Origin: Candidatus Bathyarchaeia archaeon
GTDB taxonomy: Archaea; Thermoproteota; Bathyarchaeia; Bathyarchaeales; Bathycorpusculaceae
Length of the DNA: 64,000 nt
Direction: 5' to 3'
Assembly: GCA_049516875.1 (NCBI GenBank)
Contig: JBEKSS010000001.1
Coordinates: 256,001 to 320,000, forward strand
Part shown: positions 59,449 to 64,000 of the stretch, in pieces
Position numbering within the stretch: the first letter of the stretch is position 1
Layout: each line of letters begins with the position of its first letter
Program-made: the position numbers and the translations under genes
The notes under the pieces: generated by a model
Told to the model about the DNA's origin: nothing
The model's input: only the letters and a program-made list of their open reading frames with translations
Databases searched by the model: none

Positions 59449-60234
59449 TTTAGGTCCGGACCTATGAAGTATCCACCGACTGTTTCAGCTACAATTATTA
59501 TCAACTCAGCAAAGAAGGCTCCAACGAAATTTCCCATGCTTCCTAAGACAACTGCAGCAATGGCAGAGAGCATGAATGCTTTTCCGACAGTGGAGGTTAC
59601 ACTATAGTAGGCCATAATGTGTAAACCAGCTATCCCAGTAAGAGCCGACCCAATTCCAAAAGCGATCAGATACATGTTGCGAACATTGATGCCCATTACG
59701 CTGGCCACAACTCTATTCTGGCTGACTGCTCGTAAGGCTTTCCAATCCTCGTTCTCTTAAGGAACAAGTACATTCCCAAAGCAGTGAATATTGAAAACAC
59801 AAAAGAAATCAAATGATGAACGTCGGCGAAAACCGAGGACACCACTATCGTTGATACTTCCGACGGTATGCTCCTAACATCGCCTCCCATTAACATAAGC
59901 ATGAAGTTCACCAAGAACAAGGACAGCCCAAACGTCACGTATATTCTGGCTGCCATAGAAAGTTCTACCACGCGACTGATGAGGAATCTCTCGATGATTA
60001 AGCCGATCAAGAAAAGGCTTAGGGGACACACCACGACAGAAAGATAGGGGCTGAGACCGAGGGCAGAGAACATTATCCACGCAACATACATCGCAATCAT
60101 CAAAAACTCGCCTTGGGCAAAGTTGACTATGGCCATCACTCTCCAGATCAAAGTCAGCCCCATGCTGACGAGCGAGTAAATGCCGCCGATCAGTAATCCG
60201 TTAATGATCAGTGGACAATGATGCTTGGATCCAT
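59449..60234 (-). pseudogene. livH: Branched-chain amino acid ABC permease LivH pseudogene (two frameshifts, 3' truncated)
   Basis: MDPSIIV/LIINGLLIGGIYSLVSMGLTLI..VNFAQGE; split across ORFs 59696-60343 and 59436-59708; ends at GPDLK followed by (GC)5. Confidence 0.85.
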
Positions 60235-60364
60235 TGTTTCTTCCTTTTCTTTCTGGTGCAGATTTTATGAACATACAGCAGAGTGCCGCATATAAGGTCT
60301 GTTGAATTCTTGAACTAGCCAGTTCAGATGCGCTAACAAGCATTTAACGCGGGCTGGGGGTTTG

Positions 60365-61378
60365 CTAGAAACCTAATGCCTTGCTTATCGGAGCCAAGCG
60401 GGGATGGACATATTTTCCTTCCTTTTCAAGATAATCTTCACCAACTAATATCGTTGGATTCTGCATAGTGCCATCTGAATGTGAAGCTGCAACTCCTCCT
60501 TTTCCTTTGTAGTATTCTCTTTGGTAACCTATTCCGACAACCACGCTCCCGAAGACTCTGTCGGCCTCTAAGATCTTGTCAGACAGCTTTGCACCAGGAT
60601 TGAAGCCGTAGCTAAAGTGTGCTATGTTGTACATGCTGTCATCATGCCAACTTGCAAGCCATCTCTCCAGCTTTTTTGCTTCGGCACCACCTGCGATGCT
60701 GACTATTCTGCCTTTTTCAACCTTAAGCTCAATCGGGTTATGCAAGATGCCGATTTCAGGGGGAAATATAGCTCCATCAAGCACGATCGTACCACCTACT
60801 GTCTCCTCTACAGGTGCCCATGCGATTTCGCCTGCTAGACCACCACCCACTTCAGAGCGAATGAAGGGACGATGCGCGTCTAACTTGAAAGCGACGTTAG
60901 TTCCCGCAGATGACGTTATCTTCATGCTATCAACTTTTTTGCTTACTTGGACCAGCTCTTTTCCCAATTCGATCATCTTGGCCCAGTCAACATTTCCTAT
61001 TAACCTGACCATCATGCCCACATCCATACCCCACAGCCCCAAATATCTGACACCATTTTCCATTGCGTTTTTCCATGCCTTCGAAAAGAGCAAATACTTT
61101 CTGGAGAATTCCACCATTACATCCGTATTTGACATTGCCGCCGCCACAGGTTTAGGAACATTCGCTTTTTCTCCAATGTCAGGCGGTGCAGCGTACCAAA
61201 TGACCGCGACTTTGGATCCGAGCAAATGTGCTGCCCTTGCCGCTGCCTCGACTACCATTCTATCAGTTTCCGTATCTGCGCATATCAAGAGATGTTCATC
61301 TGGCTTCAAGCCAAGCAAAGTCTCCTCTTTGACAAGAGTGTACGAAGCCTTTGCGAGCTCGAGATCAAAGAACTTCAA
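60365..61378 (-). CDS. Peptidase M29/NicX-fold metalloenzyme (His-type variant), paralog of 45989-47035
   Basis: ADTETD, GMDVGMMVRL, ITSSAGT, GEIAWAP, IAHFSYGFNPGAKL, SHSDG. Confidence 0.8.
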   Translation of the reverse strand: MKFFDLELAKASYTLVKEETLLGLKPDEHLLICADTETDRMVVEAAARAAHLLGSKVAVIWYAAPPDIGEKANVPKPVAAAMSNTDVMVEFSRKYLLFSKAWKNAMENGVRYLGLWGMDVGMMVRLIGNVDWAKMIELGKELVQVSKKVDSMKITSSAGTNVAFKLDAHRPFIRSEVGGGLAGEIAWAPVEETVGGTIVLDGAIFPPEIGILHNPIELKVEKGRIVSIAGGAEAKKLERWLASWHDDSMYNIAHFSYGFNPGAKLSDKILEADRVFGSVVVGIGYQREYYKGKGGVAASHSDGTMQNPTILVGEDYLEKEGKYVHPRLAPISKALGF

Positions 61379-61789
61379 AGGGTTTCCTCCTTCTGATCTT
61401 CGCGCGCTTTTCCTTTCATTGCAACAACCGGCGCGTTCGTATATAAAACCTATGGTGATCCGTGCCGCGCGCGCTGACGGAATTCTTCAATGGTACTACC
61501 AATGGCCAATGGGGGACAGTTTATCCTTGGAACGTTGCCACAACCACACCGGTCTTTCCAATGCCAATGTATAACCAAAGACCATAACCCACCTTTTCAT
61601 TTTTTGAGGGTTTCATTGAAACATCGCAGCCCGCTTCAAATTCTAAACTGGTTCACTTTGGCTCTTTCTAAGATCTCACTGGCTTGGCCCATGATGAAAA
61701 AGAAAAGAAAGCCAAAGCATCTTCCGCAAGATGTAAATGTTGCCGACCGTAACTATTCAAAACTGTGACGTGGGTTGAGGCTGAGAGCC

Positions 61790-63076
61790 ATGACAAAACC
61801 AAGAATATTCTTAATGCCCATCGGAAAGGTTACTTCAAAAGATATCGAAGATGATGAGAGATCTGCGGTAGAGAATCTAGAATCTCTTGATGCAGACATA
61901 GTTCAAACAGAACCTATATACGATGAGAAAGAGATAACCCGCAGCGTCAGAGATCTGCAGGCCAAGGAAATCGATCTCCTCGTTCTGCTATCGCTCCATG
62001 GAGCCAGTGCTCCTTTATTAGTTTTGGCTGCTGAAAATTCTGGTCTCAGGACTGTGATATGGGCTCTTCCGACTCGATACTCCTTACCGACTTGTGCTAG
62101 CGCGATTGGCGCTCTAATGGAAAAGGACGTTAAGTCCGAGCTTGTCTACGGAGCTGCCTCTGACAAGAAAGTCACACAACGAATTATACAACTAGCGAGA
62201 ATTGGTTACACTATCAACAGACTGAAGAGAGCCCGAATAGGGACTATCGGAGGAGTGTTTGCTCTCCTGACCGCATCCTACTACGACAGAAACATTCTTC
62301 GACACAGGATAGGGCCTGATGTTGTCCGAATTCCTATGTCAGATTACAAGCAAATTGTTTTGGAGACAACGGAAGAAGAGGCTGCCAAAGCGATTGAAAA
62401 TATCCCGAAGGACATTAAAGTAGAAGTCGAAAGCGGACTTCTTATCCAGTCAATGCGCCAACACTTGGCGTTGAAGAAGATTGCGAACGCGCGCGGGCTC
62501 GAGGGGATCTGCCTTGAATGCCATTCTGAGATGATAAAAGAATTCAAAGTTAACCCGTGTCTAGGTTTTATTGATGACTCATACACAATTGGTTGTGAGG
62601 GAGATGTTGTCATTTGTGTGGCAGCATTAATGATCCTATACCTTACAGGCAAACAGTCCCTAATCAGCGACCCCTTTACTATTGATCCTGAAAGTGTGAT
62701 GACTATGCTTCACTGTGCCGGCCCTGCTTCACTCTGCGAAGATTGCGGCGATGTGAGCATAAAAACGGGCCAATCACCATCCCATGTTGGAGAACCAATC
62801 CCCCTAGCTATGTGCAGACCACAACTTCAAGAAGGAAAAGAAGTGACCTTACTAAGATTGTATGGTTCCTATATGGACAAAATGCACTTTGCCTTAGGCA
62901 AGGTAGTATCATGTCTAAATGACACGACTTTGGACCTCAAAATCAAACTTGTCGGAGGCAAAGATACATTTATTCAAAATATCTCCGGCAATCATTACAT
63001 CGTGGCAATGGGGGATATCAGAAACGATCTAAGAGCGCTGTGCAAAGAAATGAGAATTGATGCAATCGAAAGCTAG
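61790..63076 (+). CDS. L-fucose/L-arabinose isomerase-family protein
   Basis: PCL, GCEGD, LHC.G, VTLLRL, GNHY motifs. Confidence 0.75.
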   Translation: MTKPRIFLMPIGKVTSKDIEDDERSAVENLESLDADIVQTEPIYDEKEITRSVRDLQAKEIDLLVLLSLHGASAPLLVLAAENSGLRTVIWALPTRYSLPTCASAIGALMEKDVKSELVYGAASDKKVTQRIIQLARIGYTINRLKRARIGTIGGVFALLTASYYDRNILRHRIGPDVVRIPMSDYKQIVLETTEEEAAKAIENIPKDIKVEVESGLLIQSMRQHLALKKIANARGLEGICLECHSEMIKEFKVNPCLGFIDDSYTIGCEGDVVICVAALMILYLTGKQSLISDPFTIDPESVMTMLHCAGPASLCEDCGDVSIKTGQSPSHVGEPIPLAMCRPQLQEGKEVTLLRLYGSYMDKMHFALGKVVSCLNDTTLDLKIKLVGGKDTFIQNISGNHYIVAMGDIRNDLRALCKEMRIDAIES

Positions 63077-63147
63077 CAGCAAATATAGAGCGCGCTAACT
63101 GGACGAACTGCGGTGACCTGACTCATAGTTTCTATGAAAACGCGAGC

Positions 63148-64000
63148 CTAGCCTTTGCTGGCTCTGCTTCGAAGCCAGTCTATATAATCTGGGACGGCCT
63201 TCTCTATATCATATTGAGGCTGGTAACCCAAGTCATCCTGTGCTCTGCTCATGTCAAAATATGGCAAGGCTTCCTCAATTCCCGGTCCGATGTTTACGCT
63301 GATGTTTGGAAGCACTTGCTTGATGACCTTGATGATTTCGTCCACGGTTGTAAGTTTACCGCTTGAAACGTGGTACAACCTGTATTTTGGTTTCTCTTTT
63401 TCATAAGCAAGAAGTACGCCTCGAACGACATCTTTAATGTACGTATAATCCTTGCGTGTTTCACGTCCTTTCTCCATCTCTATCGTGCCGTCACTTAAGG
63501 CGCTATGAATGAACCAATCTATTGGTTGAGCACCTGCGATGAATGGTTTTCTAAACGGTCTTTGTCCAGGTCCATAGACATTTGTGAACCTAACGATTAC
63601 TGTATCGACTCCAAATCGTTCATTGTAATAGAGGCAAAGTTGTTCGGCCACAAACTTCGATAGTCCATAGATTTCGTGAAAAGGAAGGGCAGACGGGTCG
63701 CTTTCCTTCACTTTGACAAGACCTCTATCACCACAAGCTGAAACTGTACTGCAGAAGACGACTCTCTTGAAGTTCAGCAACCGAGCAGCTTCCAGTATGG
63801 TCAACGTCCCTCCTACATTGATCTTCATCGTTTGGAGTGGCATATCCTCGGAGCCTGTCGAAGGCATTATCGCGATTGTGTGAATGGCGCCCTCAATATT
63901 GTGTTGTTTCGCTAGATGCAGAATCCTAGACAAGTCAAGTATGTCTCCCTTCACTACTTCCACTTTGCCAAAAAGATGTGGCGGAGGCGGGGCAGCATCA
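63148..64000 (-). CDS. NAD-dependent epimerase/dehydratase (extended SDR), 5' end outside the window
   Basis: NVGGT..ILEAAR, YGLSK, RFTNVYGPG, DYTYIKDV. Confidence 0.88.
   Translation of the reverse strand, partial: DAAPPPPHLFGKVEVVKGDILDLSRILHLAKQHNIEGAIHTIAIMPSTGSEDMPLQTMKINVGGTLTILEAARLLNFKRVVFCSTVSACGDRGLVKVKESDPSALPFHEIYGLSKFVAEQLCLYYNERFGVDTVIVRFTNVYGPGQRPFRKPFIAGAQPIDWFIHSALSDGTIEMEKGRETRKDYTYIKDVVRGVLLAYEKEKPKYRLYHVSSGKLTTVDEIIKVIKQVLPNISVNIGPGIEEALPYFDMSRAQDDLGYQPQYDIEKAVPDYIDWLRSRASKG

Larger units (their letters stand above)
44126..63096. repeat. Dispersed (GC)n palindromic motif, mostly intergenic
   Basis: GCGCGCG(C) copies at 44127, 45636, 45849, 45931, 47101, 48737, 55984, 56831, 59439, 61467; shorter copies at 61401, 63090; also 18479, 20509, 20915, 22817, 26447 earlier in the window. 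Confidence 0.8.

Noticed and set aside
60624-61574. 316-aa plus-strand ORF
   Set aside because: Antisense shadow of the M29-like gene; Ser/Pro/Thr-rich with no motifs. The same applies to most overlapping ORFs in the track.
61590-61600. 11-nt match (ATGAAAAGGTG, minus strand) to the 5' end of the predicted TnpB guide
   Set aside because: The match is short and A-rich, does not extend, and its upstream flank does not resemble the element's left flank; probably chance.
61475-61616. Possible SDR N-terminal remnant (KV...GIGK) ending at a GC palindrome
   Set aside because: Needs two assumed frameshifts over a short stretch; cannot be supported without a search.
1-64000. CRISPR arrays, tRNA or rRNA genes
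   Set aside because: No regularly spaced repeats or cloverleaf-like GC-rich segments were seen by eye; tRNAscan-SE and Infernal would be needed to exclude them fully.

Overview
Archaeal genomic window, very likely Bathyarchaeia/TACK (archaeal histone, eS25, eS17, uS15, TFE-beta/RPC34-like factor, split Kae1/Bud32 KEOPS, HdrABC; taxon is inferred from gene content). Positions ~1-44 kb are mostly housekeeping and energy genes. They are interrupted by a decayed integrase islet (4.0-7.2 kb) and a non-autonomous IS200/IS605 tnpB element (10.13-11.35 kb). Positions ~44-64 kb form an accessory catabolic region: four M29/NicX-fold paralogs, a Dpp/Opp ABC transporter, a Zn-ADH, a leaderless LivJ-type protein, an isomerase, an epimerase and several unannotated pseudogenes. 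Main signals not explained by the ORF track: (1) a recurring (GC)4-5 palindrome, mostly intergenic, that also sits exactly at a deletion junction and at a pseudogene frameshift; (2) an orphan copy of the IS605 left end and promoter placed directly upstream of recJ/GAN-pcc1; (3) a TnpB with intact RuvC D-E-D residues but no zinc ribbon; (4) a trpY <> trpB2-serK-like module with TGTACA TRP boxes, suggesting phosphoserine-dependent indole salvage; (5) hdrACB-acyl-CoA dehydrogenase converging on etfBA. No tRNA, rRNA or CRISPR array was seen. All calls come from reading the sequence; no searches were run.
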